A stretch of 54,404 nt of DNA from Gemmatimonadaceae bacterium (GCA_039924445.1 JBDTAW010000032.1:1-54404); one strand, 5' to 3'; counted from the first letter of the stretch, positions 26,640 to 39,010 are shown. Translations and numbers: made by a program. Notes: generated by a model not told the origin, from the sequence alone.

Positions 26640-27971
26640 TTACTTCTGCTTGCCGCCTACTTCGATCGTCTGGACGAACGGACGCTCGCCGTGGCCCGTG
26701 TAGATCTGGCGTGGTCGAGCGATCTTCTGCTCCTTGTCGAGCAGCATTTCTTCCCACTGAGACAGCCAACCGGCCATGCGCGCAATAGTGAACAGAACTG
26801 TGAAGTACTCCGTCGGGAAGCCCATCGACCGATAGATCAATCCGGTGTAGAAATCCACGTTCGGGTACAACTTGCGCGAGACGAAGTAATCGTCCTGCAG
26901 TGCGATTCGCTCGAGCTCAAGCGCGATCTCGAGACCGCGGTCCACGCCGGTGATCTTGAATACGCTGTCCGCGAGATGCTTCACAATCTTCGCGCGCGGG
27001 TCGTAGCTCTTGTACACACGGTGACCGAAGCCCATCAGCCTGCCGCTACCAGCCTTCACGCTTTCAATGAAAGCTGGAACGTTGCCGATAGTTCCGATCT
27101 CCTGAATCATGCGGAGTACCTGCTCGTTCGCGCCACCGTGCAGCGGGCCGAACAGTGCTGCAATTCCGGCCGACATCGCCGAGAATGGATCGACATGCGA
27201 TGACCCAACCGCGCGCACCGAGCTCGTGGAGCAGTTCTGCTCGTGATCGGCGTGAAGAATGAACAGAATCTCGAGAGCACGCACAAATGTCGGATTCGCC
27301 TCGTAGCGCGGCTCCGTCATACGGTTGATCATCGAGAGGAAATTCTCGACGTACGAGAGCGAGTTGTCGGGATATACGACCGGCAGACCTTTCGAGTGAC
27401 GATACGAGAACGCAGCGATCGTCGGCGTCTTGGCCAGAAGCCGGATCACCGCGATGTTGCGCTGCTCCGGGTCAAAAATCTCACGCGCGCCAGGGTAGAA
27501 AGAAGACAGCGCAGCGACGGCGCTCTGAAGCATCGACATCGGGTGCGCATCGTATCTGAAGCCCTGCAGGAAGCTGCGGATGTTCTCGTGCACATACGTG
27601 TGATACGTGATGTCGTGCACAAATCCGTCGTATTCGGTCTGAGTCGGAAGCTCACCGTGCCGAAGCAACCACGCAACTTCAAGAAACGATGCCTTTTCGG
27701 CTAGCTGCTCGATTGGATAGCCGCGGTAGCGCAGAATCCCCTTGTCGCCGTCGATGAAGGTGATTGCACTGCGGCACGATGCAGTGTTCATGAAGGCAGG
27801 ATCGTACGACAACAGACCGACGTCGTTTGGATCTGCTGTCTTTATCTGCCGAAGATCAATGCCCCTTATCGCCCCGTCATTGATGGCAATATCGTAATTC
27901 TTGTTCGTCCGCTTGTCGGTGACGGAAAGCGTGCCAGCCGAGCTGTCTTGAGTTTTACCGGGTGAGGTCAT
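26640..27971 (-). CDS. gltA: Citrate synthase
   Basis: 443 aa. ILHADHEQNCSTS, GPLHGGANE and GFGHRVYK motifs. Confidence 0.95.
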   Translation of the reverse strand: MTSPGKTQDSSAGTLSVTDKRTNKNYDIAINDGAIRGIDLRQIKTADPNDVGLLSYDPAFMNTASCRSAITFIDGDKGILRYRGYPIEQLAEKASFLEVAWLLRHGELPTQTEYDGFVHDITYHTYVHENIRSFLQGFRYDAHPMSMLQSAVAALSSFYPGAREIFDPEQRNIAVIRLLAKTPTIAAFSYRHSKGLPVVYPDNSLSYVENFLSMINRMTEPRYEANPTFVRALEILFILHADHEQNCSTSSVRAVGSSHVDPFSAMSAGIAALFGPLHGGANEQVLRMIQEIGTIGNVPAFIESVKAGSGRLMGFGHRVYKSYDPRAKIVKHLADSVFKITGVDRGLEIALELERIALQDDYFVSRKLYPNVDFYTGLIYRSMGFPTEYFTVLFTIARMAGWLSQWEEMLLDKEQKIARPRQIYTGHGERPFVQTIEVGGKQK

Positions 27972-28052
27972 CTTTGATGAACCGTTCTTTATGAGTATGG
28001 GTTTCAGGGCGAAATCTAGCGGATGCGATCAACATCTAAAACGTTGAGTTGA

Positions 28053-28580
28053 TCAGCGATGGCCGGTGCTTCCGAAACCACCGTCACGATTGGTCGTACG
28101 CCGAACCTCGCCTTCCTCGAATTCCAGCACCTCGTATCTGGCGATAATCATCTGCGCAATTCGCTCGCCGTGCAAGATGAAGATGGGATGAGCACCGTCA
28201 TTCTTCACCAGTACTCCCCATTCGCCATTGTAATCCGGATCGATCGTGCCAGGCGCATTCGCAATTACCAGCGAGGTCTTGAAACTGGTTCCACTCCGTG
28301 GCCGTATCTGGGCCTCGTAACCCGCCGGAAGGGTAGCGCGGAATCCGAGCGGTACTATCGCCCGTTCACCCGAAAGCAGCTCCAGAACCAGCCCGCCACT
28401 GTCGGGATCGGTCCTGGGTGTGCCCTCGTACTGGCGGCCACCCAGGCTCAGCTTCACTGCCGGTTCGCCCAGCAGGTACGCCTTGAGGTCGTAACCGGCG
28501 CTGTTTGCGGTGGCTCTTGCAGGCAACTCGACGGAATCGTGCAGCCGCTCAAAAAGGATAGCCTTGCGATCGTCGTTCAT
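28053..28580 (-). CDS. dut: dUTP diphosphatase
   Basis: SAGYDLKA, RSGTS, GTIDPDYNGEW and GERIAQMI motifs. Somewhat longer (175 aa) than the minimal trimeric type. Confidence 0.85.
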   Translation of the reverse strand: MNDDRKAILFERLHDSVELPARATANSAGYDLKAYLLGEPAVKLSLGGRQYEGTPRTDPDSGGLVLELLSGERAIVPLGFRATLPAGYEAQIRPRSGTSFKTSLVIANAPGTIDPDYNGEWGVLVKNDGAHPIFILHGERIAQMIIARYEVLEFEEGEVRRTTNRDGGFGSTGHR

Positions 28581-28680
28581 GCGGCCAATCTAGCCCTCGG
28601 CAACGTCGCTGTCGCTCGGACTCGACCCGCACCGGGCGCCGACGGGTCGCGGTCCGCCGCATAGGCTGTATTTTCATTTT

Positions 28681-30653
<1,973 letters not shown>

Positions 30654-30657
<4 letters not shown>

Positions 30658-31031
30658 TTTTTCGATCACTGTTCCCCGAGTCGTTATTTGGCCGGCGTTT
30701 GCACCCAAATGCCGAGCGTCGGCTCCGTCTGGCGCAGGCGCGGGCGGATGAAACGATAATTCGCGCGCACGTGGACAACGCACTGATGTTCGTTGACACA
30801 CTTGCCGAGGATCTGTCGTTTGATCGCGCAATCGACACGTACATACGCGTCATGTCGCTTCCCGAACCGCTCGCGAGCGCTGTTGCAACGCGAGCGCTGG
30901 TGACGCTGGGTCGCGATCTCGTTCCATTCCGCAGACGCGCGCGCGAGGATGGCGAGGAAGATGTGGAAGTGAAGCCTCGCGTGCGACTGGACGACGCGGC
31001 TGCACGACAGCGCGCAATACGTCGAGTGTAG
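30654..31031 (+). CDS. Hypothetical protein (ATGA overlap with acs)
   Basis: 125-aa ORF whose ATG overlaps the acs TGA. No recognisable motif. Confidence 0.4.
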
Positions 31032-31060
31032 CGCGCGAGCGTTACACTCGACTCAATCGA

Positions 31061-31495
31061 TCAAACGGTCTGGCGCGCGCGCCGATGTGCCATTACGTCG
31101 GCCACGCTGACCAGAAAGATCAGCGTGACGATCACTGCAGACGACACGCAGTACTTGCAGATTGCCTCGATCACGTACAACTCCAGGTACGTGAGCCACG
31201 CAGAGAACGCGACTCCCACAAACGACATCGCGGCCAACAGGTACGATAGCTCGGCGCGCTCCGCATACCGAGCCGACGTCCCGACCAGCGCAACCAGGAA
31301 CATGACGACGTAGAACGCGAGTCCCCACGCTGCGACCGGTGCGCCAACGAAAATCGACCAGCTGCTGGTATTGACGCGCTCGCAGCCGCCAAGACCGCAC
31401 GCCAGATGGCCGATCGCACCCATCTTGTACATCGTCAGGTACAGAGCAACAAAGGCTCCGACAAGTGCCAGTGCTGCTATCGTCATCCGGCGCAT
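31061..31495 (-). CDS. Vitamin K epoxide reductase (VKOR) family protein
   Basis: 144 aa, four TM. Loop cysteines CGLGGC and the CKYC redox motif in the last helix. Confidence 0.8.
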   Translation of the reverse strand: MRRMTIAALALVGAFVALYLTMYKMGAIGHLACGLGGCERVNTSSWSIFVGAPVAAWGLAFYVVMFLVALVGTSARYAERAELSYLLAAMSFVGVAFSAWLTYLELYVIEAICKYCVSSAVIVTLIFLVSVADVMAHRRARQTV

Positions 31496-31506
31496 TGTAA
31501 TGCTTG

Positions 31507-32298
31507 CTACTTGGCCGTGGGTGACTTCGGAGCTGCCGCAGCGGCCGCAGTGGCCGCGTCAACCGCTGACTTGATCACGTCATACGGCAGCGCACCGGGC
31601 ATCTTCGTACCGTTGATGAAAAACGTCGGCGTCTGATTCACCGCGCGCTTGAATCCTTCTGCAGCATTCGCATCAACGCGCGCCTGGTACTTCCTGGAGT
31701 CGTAGCACTTTTCAAATTGCGCTGTGTTCAGCCCGATCTTGCTGGCGTAACCCATGAAGATCGATTTCGGGTTATCCGTAACCTGTGTCGCACCATCGGG
31801 GTTGAGACCCCATGAATCCTGACCCGCATACAACTGATCGTGCATCTCCCAGAACTTGCCCTGCTCGTCCGCGCAGGCAGCCGCGTTTGATGCGAACTGG
31901 GTATTGTGGTGCATTGGAAGCGGAAAATCGTAGTACTTGTAATAAGCGAGACCGGCCGCAACAATTTGCTTCCGCACATCGGGTTCGGTGACGGTAGCGT
32001 AGTTGCCGCAAACGGGGCATTCAAAGTCGGCAAATTCCTCGATGACGACCGGCGCGTTGGGGTTCCCCATCACATATGGCTTGGGCGGACCCGCGTTCTT
32101 GTAGTTCGCCTGCAGCGAGTCGTAAGCGGCCTGTGCGGTCGCGCCACCTTCGCCGGTTGAGGGATTTTTCATCAGGTATGCGATCGCGGCGCCACCTACG
32201 ACGACGATTGCGATAAGGACGCCAATGAAGACGCTTCGCTGAGACGACGGCTTTGCTGCCGCGTTTTTTGCATTCCGGGGAGGTTTATTATTCGCCAT
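31507..32298 (-). CDS. Membrane-anchored DsbA-family thioredoxin-fold oxidoreductase
   Basis: N-terminal TM anchor. FADFECPVCGNY (CPVC active site). Thioredoxin/DsbA-like layout. Confidence 0.8.
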   Translation of the reverse strand: MANNKPPRNAKNAAAKPSSQRSVFIGVLIAIVVVGGAAIAYLMKNPSTGEGGATAQAAYDSLQANYKNAGPPKPYVMGNPNAPVVIEEFADFECPVCGNYATVTEPDVRKQIVAAGLAYYKYYDFPLPMHHNTQFASNAAACADEQGKFWEMHDQLYAGQDSWGLNPDGATQVTDNPKSIFMGYASKIGLNTAQFEKCYDSRKYQARVDANAAEGFKRAVNQTPTFFINGTKMPGALPYDVIKSAVDAATAAAAAAPKSPTAK

Positions 32299-32317
32299 AC
32301 CGTGAATTTATCTCCAG

Positions 32318-33193
32318 ATGCAAGCTGACGTTTTAAGAGTTCAGGTCGGCCCCGGGGCGATGCACGTGGAGCGATATGGCCACGGCGGCACTCCAGTAAT
32401 CCTTCTCCACGGTTTCGGGACCTGCACCTTCCTCTGGCGGAATGTTGCGCCGGTCCTCGCCGAAGCGGGCCACACGGCTTACGCGGTGGATCTGTTCGGC
32501 CATGGCGAATCCGACCGTTCGCCCGAGGCCGATTTTGGTATCGCCGCCCAGGCCGAGTACCTGGACGCGGCAATGACTGCCCTGCGGCTCGCGCATGCTA
32601 CAATCGTGGGCCTGGACCTCGGCGGAAACGTCGCCCTGCGGCTGGCTGTGACCCGGCCGGAGCGCGTAGACAGACTCGTGCTAATCAATGTGCCAGCCTT
32701 CGACGAGATTCCAGCCGGTGATATCGCCGCCCTCCAGCGAAGTACGGCCAGATTCGCCTTCAAAGTCACTCGCGGAGTGCTCGGAGCCGCACCATTGCTC
32801 CAGACGGTTCTCGAAGGAAGTGTCGCCAAGCCGGACCAGATGCCGACCCGTCTTCTCGCCCGGTACCTTGCCCCTTTCGCTGGTCGGGACGGCGTTAATC
32901 ACCTTCTCACTCTGGGCGCGTCCATCAGGAAGTCAGATGTCGAGGACCTCGCCCTCTCGGGAATCAGAGCACCCACCCTTGTTTTGCGCGGTGATCACGA
33001 CGGCTGGGTGGGCCGCGATGTTGCCAGCCGGCTTGCCGCGGCCATCCCGGGAGCGACGCTCACGCGGATTCCCGGCGTCGCCCGTTTGATCCCGGAAGAA
33101 GCGCCTGACTTCCTGGCCGAAGAGCTGCTCAAATTCATAGGCGAATTGGGCGCGAATTCAGCAAATATGGCTGCAGCGTCCCCTACTAAATGA
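32318..33193 (+). CDS. Alpha/beta hydrolase
   Basis: VILLHGFGTCTFLWRNV, the nucleophile-elbow-like GLDLGG, and a C-terminal RGDHDGWV pattern. Confidence 0.75.
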   Translation: MQADVLRVQVGPGAMHVERYGHGGTPVILLHGFGTCTFLWRNVAPVLAEAGHTAYAVDLFGHGESDRSPEADFGIAAQAEYLDAAMTALRLAHATIVGLDLGGNVALRLAVTRPERVDRLVLINVPAFDEIPAGDIAALQRSTARFAFKVTRGVLGAAPLLQTVLEGSVAKPDQMPTRLLARYLAPFAGRDGVNHLLTLGASIRKSDVEDLALSGIRAPTLVLRGDHDGWVGRDVASRLAAAIPGATLTRIPGVARLIPEEAPDFLAEELLKFIGELGANSANMAAASPTK

Positions 33194-33251
33194 CCGGCGG
33201 ATCTATTAGTTTACGGTGTTGTAGTAGTGGCACTTTTCTTAACCGGGCGTA

Positions 33252-33524
33252 ATGAACAAGAAGCAGAATTCACCGAGATATCAGGCGCACTCTGCGCCAA
33301 CGACACAGAAGTCGCCGTTGGACGAGGCGCGGGACGAGCTCTTTCAGCACATCATGCGGTGCGGCGTTATTGGCGCCGAACTGGAGCACCAGGCGGAGTG
33401 GTTTGATGCAACGATCACTTACTTCGCTGGACGCTACCCAGAGCTGACGAAGCTTGAGCTTACGCAGCTCCGCACGTTGGGTGAGAGATTCGCCCAACCG
33501 CTGAAGACAAAGCAAGCTGTTTGA
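33252..33524 (+). CDS. Hypothetical protein
   Basis: 90-aa ORF followed directly by a strong terminator. No motif recognised. Confidence 0.45.
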   Translation: MNKKQNSPRYQAHSAPTTQKSPLDEARDELFQHIMRCGVIGAELEHQAEWFDATITYFAGRYPELTKLELTQLRTLGERFAQPLKTKQAV

Positions 33525-33526
33525 CG

Positions 33527-33558
33527 AACGGGCGCCCGAGGGCGCCCGTTGAGTTTTC
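33527..33558 (+). terminator. Rho-independent terminator
   Basis: AACGGGCGCC / GGCGCCCGTT 10-bp stem, 4-nt loop, then GAGTTTT. Confidence 0.7.
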
Positions 33559-33596
33559 CAGCCGTCATCCCCGCGAAAGCGGAGATCCATGTTGCC

Positions 33597-34097
33597 CTAC
33601 TTGTGCTTCGGGCTTCCCGTAAAGCGCATCGTTACGCCCAGCCGAACTCCGCCACCAAATCCGAGCTCGACTCCCGGTGCGATAGATCCGGTGCTTGGCC
33701 CGTTCGCGCCGATAAACCCCAGTAGATATGTGCGTGTTCCTGGACCGCCGCCATCGCCGCGTACAGTCACACCGCCGCCGACGTACGGCTCCCACTCGAG
33801 CTGGTGATATGGATCCAGTGAGAACGTTCCAAAGCCGTCGACGCGGCCGCTGAAACCGGTCGAGCTGATGCCGGCGCCCACATCAGCCCCGAGGTTGAAA
33901 TAATTGCTGAACGGGAAGGCTATCCCCGCACCTGCCTGAAGCGCGGTCGGTTTCCCGCCTAGAACGTCGAGACGAAGTGACGGGATATACGATACCGCCA
34001 CGGCAACCTGCTGCTCCTGCGCCGAAAGCTCCAGTGAGGAGACAGCGGTCGCGGAAAGTATCAATGCGGCAACAAGGGCCGCGCGCTTAATCATCAC
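33597..34097 (-). CDS. Small outer-membrane beta-barrel protein
   Basis: Signal peptide MMIKRAALVAALILSATAVSS. Alternating Gly/aromatic strands and a C-terminal aromatic-rich strand. Confidence 0.6.
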   Translation of the reverse strand: MMIKRAALVAALILSATAVSSLELSAQEQQVAVAVSYIPSLRLDVLGGKPTALQAGAGIAFPFSNYFNLGADVGAGISSTGFSGRVDGFGTFSLDPYHQLEWEPYVGGGVTVRGDGGGPGTRTYLLGFIGANGPSTGSIAPGVELGFGGGVRLGVTMRFTGSPKHK

Positions 34098-34168
34098 TTT
34101 TTCGTTTCCTCTTGCGTGAATTGGTCAACGGCGAGAACAGATCGCTTGCGGCGAACTCGGACGGCTGA

Positions 34169-34696
34169 CTATCGGACCCGCGCGCGCCACAGTGCCAATG
34201 TATAGTCGAAAATCGACATTGCCGACACCACTCCGATCGCGATGATCAATCCATCTGTCGCATTTGGCTTGACCAGCACCGTGATCAGGGTCACCAGTTG
34301 GAGCACCGTCACCGCCTTGCCGAGCAGGCGCGCACGGAATGTTACAGGTCGCAGCCACGGAATGATCCGCGCGACGATGAATCCAATCGCCGTGGCGATG
34401 TCGCGTGAGATGAATATGAAAAACTGTCCGGTGCCGAGCAGCCCGCCGAACAGATATGCCGAAATCGCCGCGAGAACAAAAAGCCGATCCGCTATCGGAT
34501 CAAGCAGAGCACCGACGGCGCTGCGTTGATTTGCCAGCCTGGCGACAAGTCCATCCAGGAAGTCCGTCAGAGCAGCCGCACAGATCAGCGTGATTCGCGT
34601 CGGCGTGGCGCTGATAAGCACGAACGCGACCGCCAGTGCAACTCGCGATAGCGAGATCACATTCGGTACGTTCCACAACCGAGTGCTCCGGTTCAT
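34169..34696 (-). CDS. CDP-alcohol phosphatidyltransferase family protein (PgsA-like)
   Basis: DFLDGLVARLANQRSAVGALLDPIADRL matches the D(x)2DG(x)2AR...G(x)3D(x)3D motif. Confidence 0.85.
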   Translation of the reverse strand: MNRSTRLWNVPNVISLSRVALAVAFVLISATPTRITLICAAALTDFLDGLVARLANQRSAVGALLDPIADRLFVLAAISAYLFGGLLGTGQFFIFISRDIATAIGFIVARIIPWLRPVTFRARLLGKAVTVLQLVTLITVLVKPNATDGLIIAIGVVSAMSIFDYTLALWRARVR

Positions 34697-34720
34697 GGCG
34701 AATTATACCGCAGGCGAAGG

Positions 34721-36289
34721 TTGCAAGCAGCGCCGCCGCCCCATAGCTTCGGCGCGATGCCATCGACATACCGCCTGCTCCTGATAGGCTACTTCGGGAT
34801 CGGTGCCGCAATAGTCGCCTGGAACATCGCGACCGCCAGCCGAATCCTCCAGAGCCGCCGGAAGCTATCCATCTCCATCCTGGCGACGGGATTCGGTGCC
34901 CTGCTCCTCATACCGGGCCTCCTGGTCGCGATTTCCGACGCGTCGCTGGTTTACGGTCGCGCGATCCAGCCGCTGGCGTTGCTGTGGCCGATAGTGACGG
35001 TCCTGTTCGTCATACAGGCCTTCGCCACGCTGTCCCGCGGGCGAGTGAGCGCGATTCTCGGTGTTCCCATTCTGACGTACGACGTACTCGTGGCGATGGT
35101 CGCGATATGCAGACATCTGAATGCAATTGGAATCACTCCGCCATACTTCTCGCTGGTACTCTCAGCCGCGCAGTCGGATGCGCTTGGTGTCGTTGCAGGT
35201 TCCGCAGCGTTGTCACGAGCGACATGGTTGCTCGTTCCAATGTTCGCGCCAGCGCTACCATCGCGATCGCGACTGCGCATTGCTATACGGCATGTACTCG
35301 TACTGGGAATAAGCATCGCGTCGGCACTCGTACTGATCGAGCTCCCCGGCGCCAGCGCGACGATCAGCAGCTACTCCCGCTATGCTGACGACGCACTCAC
35401 AGCACGCAGCGGTTCCGACTTCCAGTTCGGCCTGAAGATCTTTCCTGATCTGCGCTCGCCACCGCCAGCGGTCTCGATCAGGAACGACTTCCAGCTGGCA
35501 GACTCTCTTGGAGTCCAGGTTCTATCGATAGTCGTCGACCCCGAAGCCGCACGCGGCAAGGCGCTCGATTCACTCTCGCATTCTCTGGACAACATTCGCG
35601 ATGACAGCACCGTTTTGATCGTTACACTCGGGTATCCGCGTGGCGCACGCGAAAGCTTCGACCAGTCGCCATCGGAGTATGTCACGCAACGACTGGCCGA
35701 TGTGAACAGGCTGGCGCGTGCATTAAAACCAAACATCCTTGTCCCCGCCTATGAGCCGTACGGCGAAGGTGCACGGGAACTCGGCACAGTGTCACCGACA
35801 TTCTGGATCGATTTTATTTCCCGCGCGGCAACTATCACTCACCACGTAAATCCGAATATCCGCATCGCGGTATCGGCTGCGAGTTTTGGTTCGCGGGATA
35901 GCGTCGTTTATACGTGGGCCGCACTCCGCAGCTCACCGGTCGATGTGCTTGGATTCTCGCTCATGCCGGGCTTCGACGGCGCTACATCGCTCGACACGCA
36001 CATGCACATCGCGCAACGCTGGCTTCGTGCAACAGCGCGACCCAAACCTCACTGGATATTCGCCGCGGGCGGATATCCAGTCGCGCACGGAGAGGCGAGT
36101 CAGTTACTCGCGCTACGTGGCGTGCTGGCCTGGGCGACTTCGCAACCTTCCGTGCATGGTGTGATTTTCACCGATGCAGGCGATTACGATGCTCAACGCG
36201 GATTGCGCGCGCCCGACGGTCGCCTTCGTCCCGCGCTCGGCGAATTCCAGCGAGCGATCTCCGCGGAGCGCGATTCAGGAACTCAGTGA
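34721..36289 (+). CDS. Hypothetical polytopic membrane protein with a large C-terminal soluble domain
   Basis: About 6 N-terminal TM segments, then a roughly 300-aa domain with alternating strand/helix character (possibly TIM-barrel/glycosidase-like; unverified). The start may be the Met at 34757. Confidence 0.55.
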   Translation: MQAAPPPHSFGAMPSTYRLLLIGYFGIGAAIVAWNIATASRILQSRRKLSISILATGFGALLLIPGLLVAISDASLVYGRAIQPLALLWPIVTVLFVIQAFATLSRGRVSAILGVPILTYDVLVAMVAICRHLNAIGITPPYFSLVLSAAQSDALGVVAGSAALSRATWLLVPMFAPALPSRSRLRIAIRHVLVLGISIASALVLIELPGASATISSYSRYADDALTARSGSDFQFGLKIFPDLRSPPPAVSIRNDFQLADSLGVQVLSIVVDPEAARGKALDSLSHSLDNIRDDSTVLIVTLGYPRGARESFDQSPSEYVTQRLADVNRLARALKPNILVPAYEPYGEGARELGTVSPTFWIDFISRAATITHHVNPNIRIAVSAASFGSRDSVVYTWAALRSSPVDVLGFSLMPGFDGATSLDTHMHIAQRWLRATARPKPHWIFAAGGYPVAHGEASQLLALRGVLAWATSQPSVHGVIFTDAGDYDAQRGLRAPDGRLRPALGEFQRAISAERDSGTQ

Positions 36290-38916
36290 GACGACTCGGA
36301 GGGCGCTGACACACCACGCACCATCCCTTCTACCATGCGCTCCGGTTCGAAATACTGCTGGGCCACGCGCTGGATGTCAGCCGCTTCGACGGCCTGGATC
36401 CGCGCCTCGATCTCGGTCAGATCAGACAATCCCGCACCGAACATCCACGCGTTGACGACATCGCCAAGTATCGCGCCGCCACTCTCCTGTCGGATATCGT
36501 TCATCCCAAGCATGTAGCGCTTGCCGCGCGCAAGCTCCTCTTCGGTTACAGGAGTGGACCGCAGCATGTCAAACTGCTCCACAAGGGCGCGACGTGCTTC
36601 AGCCTCCCGTTCCGGGGCGGTAGCGATGTATGCCATGAACGAGCCTGATAGACAATGCTCGGAGCCGAACGCGTGCACTGTGTACGCGAGCGATCTTCGG
36701 TCACGCAACTCATCAAAAAATCGCCCCCCGAGCCCGCTCGTGATGGAGCCCAGCACCCGGGTGACAAACCGATCCGCATCAGTACGACTGGGTGCCGGGA
36801 ATCCCAGTACCAGCGCGGTCTGCGTTTTCTCACGCACAACGATTCGCTCGCTGGCCTTGTCCGGCCAGTGCGGCACCGACAGCGGCTCGCGGTCGGCGAA
36901 CGTGAGTTCTGTAAAACGGCTCGCGATCGTCCTTGCCGTTTCGTCACAGTCGACGTCGCCTGTCAACGCAATTACGAACGGAGCGCGGAGAAGCGCGGAC
37001 CGGTACCAATCACGGATATCCGACGTCACCAGTCCCTGCAATGATTCTTCCGTTCCGCCTGCGGGAATCGAATACGGATGGCTTGGATAGGCTGCCTCAT
37101 TTGCCAACCACATTGGAAATCGAAACATGTCGTCGCGCTTGCGTGCAGCATCGGCCACCATTGCCGATCTCTCGGTTTCCAGTGCATTGTCTTCGAGTGT
37201 CGCGTGTTGAACGACGTCGGCAAGCAGTGCGATTGCCGCTTGCAGATTCGCCGGCGGCACCGACAGCGTCCACCCGAATGACTCGGAACCTACAGAAGCG
37301 CCGATGCTTCCCCCAAGCCGCTCCGACTCTTCAGCAACCTGAAGCGACGTTCGCGTCGACGTTCCGCGCGCCGCCGTACGAGCCGCCAGTGCGCTTATGC
37401 CGGCCCGTTCCCTTGGCTCATATGCCGCACCACATGCCGCGAATACGCCAATGTGCGTGATCGGTGCATTTTCCCGCTTACGGATAAGAACAGGAATCCC
37501 CGACGGCAGCTGATATACCTTTACTCGCGCTTCCTCTCGCAGCAGCGTCACGCTCACAGCGGCCGCTGCCTTGTCAGTCTCGCGTTGCGTGGAAAGATCC
37601 AGCGGTGCAACATCTCCACTGGACAACAGCAACTTGAACGCAGCCGCGTCTTCCGCCACTTGCGGTGCGCTACGAGGACGATACACGACTGCCGCAGCAG
37701 TGTCCTCCAGCAAGTACCGACGCGCAACGGAAACAACGGCCGCCGCATCGGTTCTCATGAATGCATCGTAGTACTGCTGTCCCTTCTCCCAACCTCCAAG
37801 CGATTCCCATTCCGCGAGGTATGCAGCCTGACCTTCCGTACTTTCCAGGTTGCGCGCCCATCGCGACATGAAGAGCTGCTTCGCGCGATCGATCTCATCC
37901 GCCGAAACGTCGCCGGTCCGGAGTGCAGCTACCTGCACCCACATCGCGCGCGCCGCTGCTGCCGCTGTCGCTGGATCACCCTCGGAAGACACAACGAATA
38001 CACCGACTTCTGCCGGAGAGTAGTTGTACGTACCAACCGCCCCGGCCAGTTTGCGATCGCGTACAGCGCGATACAGACGCGACGCACGACCGCTCCCGAG
38101 AACGGCGGCAGCAAGATCGAGCGCGGGCACGTCCGGGTGCAGATTCGGCACGCCGGTCCAGCCGATCTCGATATGCGTCTGTTCGACATCGCCATTCAGT
38201 TCCGCATAGCGAAACCCCGAGTGGCTCGGCTCCGATGGTCCCGGTGTGCGCGTCGGAACTCCTGCCGGCAATCCACCGTAAAGCTGCCTTACACGTTCGA
38301 TCGTCGTTCCCGGATCCACGTCACCGGCGATCGACAATATCGTGTTCGATGGAGTGTAGAAATTGCGATAGAACCCTGCAACATCGTCGCGAGTGAATTT
38401 GCGCAGCTCATCCGGTCGTCCGATGCGCCAACGTCTAATGCGATGTTCGTCATGCAAAAGCGCATAGAGCGTCTCGGTCGCGACAGCATCCGCGTTGTCC
38501 TCCTTTCGCATCGCCTCCTGAATGATTACTTCAAGTTCCTTTGCAAGTGCGTCGGATTCAATTGCTGAATTTGCGTACGCATCCGCCTGTACCGCGAGCC
38601 CCTCTTCAAAACCACGGGACGGAAGCACGGCGTAGTAGCTCGTATGATCGTAGATCGTATGAGCATTCAGATATCCCCCTGCCGCCTTTGTAGCCTTTGC
38701 CACCTCGCCGACCCCATACCGCGCGGTACCCTTGAAGTACATGTGCTCCAACACGTGCGCGATGCCGACGACATTGTCCGTTTCGTCAAAATAACCAGCC
38801 CGGACATAAGTATTCACCGCTACGACTGGCGCGGCCGGATTCCGGTAAACAAGAACTGTGAGCCCGTTGTCCAGTACAATGCGTGTAACGGCAGCAGGAT
38901 TTATGAACATCGTCAT
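36283..38916 (-). CDS. M16 family (pitrilysin/insulinase) metallopeptidase, two-module
   Basis: 877 aa. HVLEHMYFKGT (HxxEH zinc motif) in the first module, with a second inactive-type M16 module. Confidence 0.85.
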   Translation of the reverse strand: MTMFINPAAVTRIVLDNGLTVLVYRNPAAPVVAVNTYVRAGYFDETDNVVGIAHVLEHMYFKGTARYGVGEVAKATKAAGGYLNAHTIYDHTSYYAVLPSRGFEEGLAVQADAYANSAIESDALAKELEVIIQEAMRKEDNADAVATETLYALLHDEHRIRRWRIGRPDELRKFTRDDVAGFYRNFYTPSNTILSIAGDVDPGTTIERVRQLYGGLPAGVPTRTPGPSEPSHSGFRYAELNGDVEQTHIEIGWTGVPNLHPDVPALDLAAAVLGSGRASRLYRAVRDRKLAGAVGTYNYSPAEVGVFVVSSEGDPATAAAAARAMWVQVAALRTGDVSADEIDRAKQLFMSRWARNLESTEGQAAYLAEWESLGGWEKGQQYYDAFMRTDAAAVVSVARRYLLEDTAAAVVYRPRSAPQVAEDAAAFKLLLSSGDVAPLDLSTQRETDKAAAAVSVTLLREEARVKVYQLPSGIPVLIRKRENAPITHIGVFAACGAAYEPRERAGISALAARTAARGTSTRTSLQVAEESERLGGSIGASVGSESFGWTLSVPPANLQAAIALLADVVQHATLEDNALETERSAMVADAARKRDDMFRFPMWLANEAAYPSHPYSIPAGGTEESLQGLVTSDIRDWYRSALLRAPFVIALTGDVDCDETARTIASRFTELTFADREPLSVPHWPDKASERIVVREKTQTALVLGFPAPSRTDADRFVTRVLGSITSGLGGRFFDELRDRRSLAYTVHAFGSEHCLSGSFMAYIATAPEREAEARRALVEQFDMLRSTPVTEEELARGKRYMLGMNDIRQESGGAILGDVVNAWMFGAGLSDLTEIEARIQAVEAADIQRVAQQYFEPERMVEGMVRGVSAPSESSH

Positions 38917-38938
38917 GATTCGATTCGGTGGAACGCAG

Positions 38939-38971
38939 AAAAAAAATCGACCGCATTTGGACTGCGGTCGA
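38939..38971 (-). terminator. Rho-independent terminator downstream of the TPR gene
   Basis: On the minus strand: TCGACCGCA-loop-TGCGGTCGA followed by T8. Confidence 0.75.
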
Positions 38972-39010
38972 CAAAGGTTGTAAACCCTGAGAGCGAGTGG
39001 CAGGTCAGGA

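Noticed and set aside
37453-38568. 371-aa plus-strand ORF antisense to the M16 peptidase
   Set aside because: A shadow ORF, Arg/Cys-rich, with no recognisable domain.
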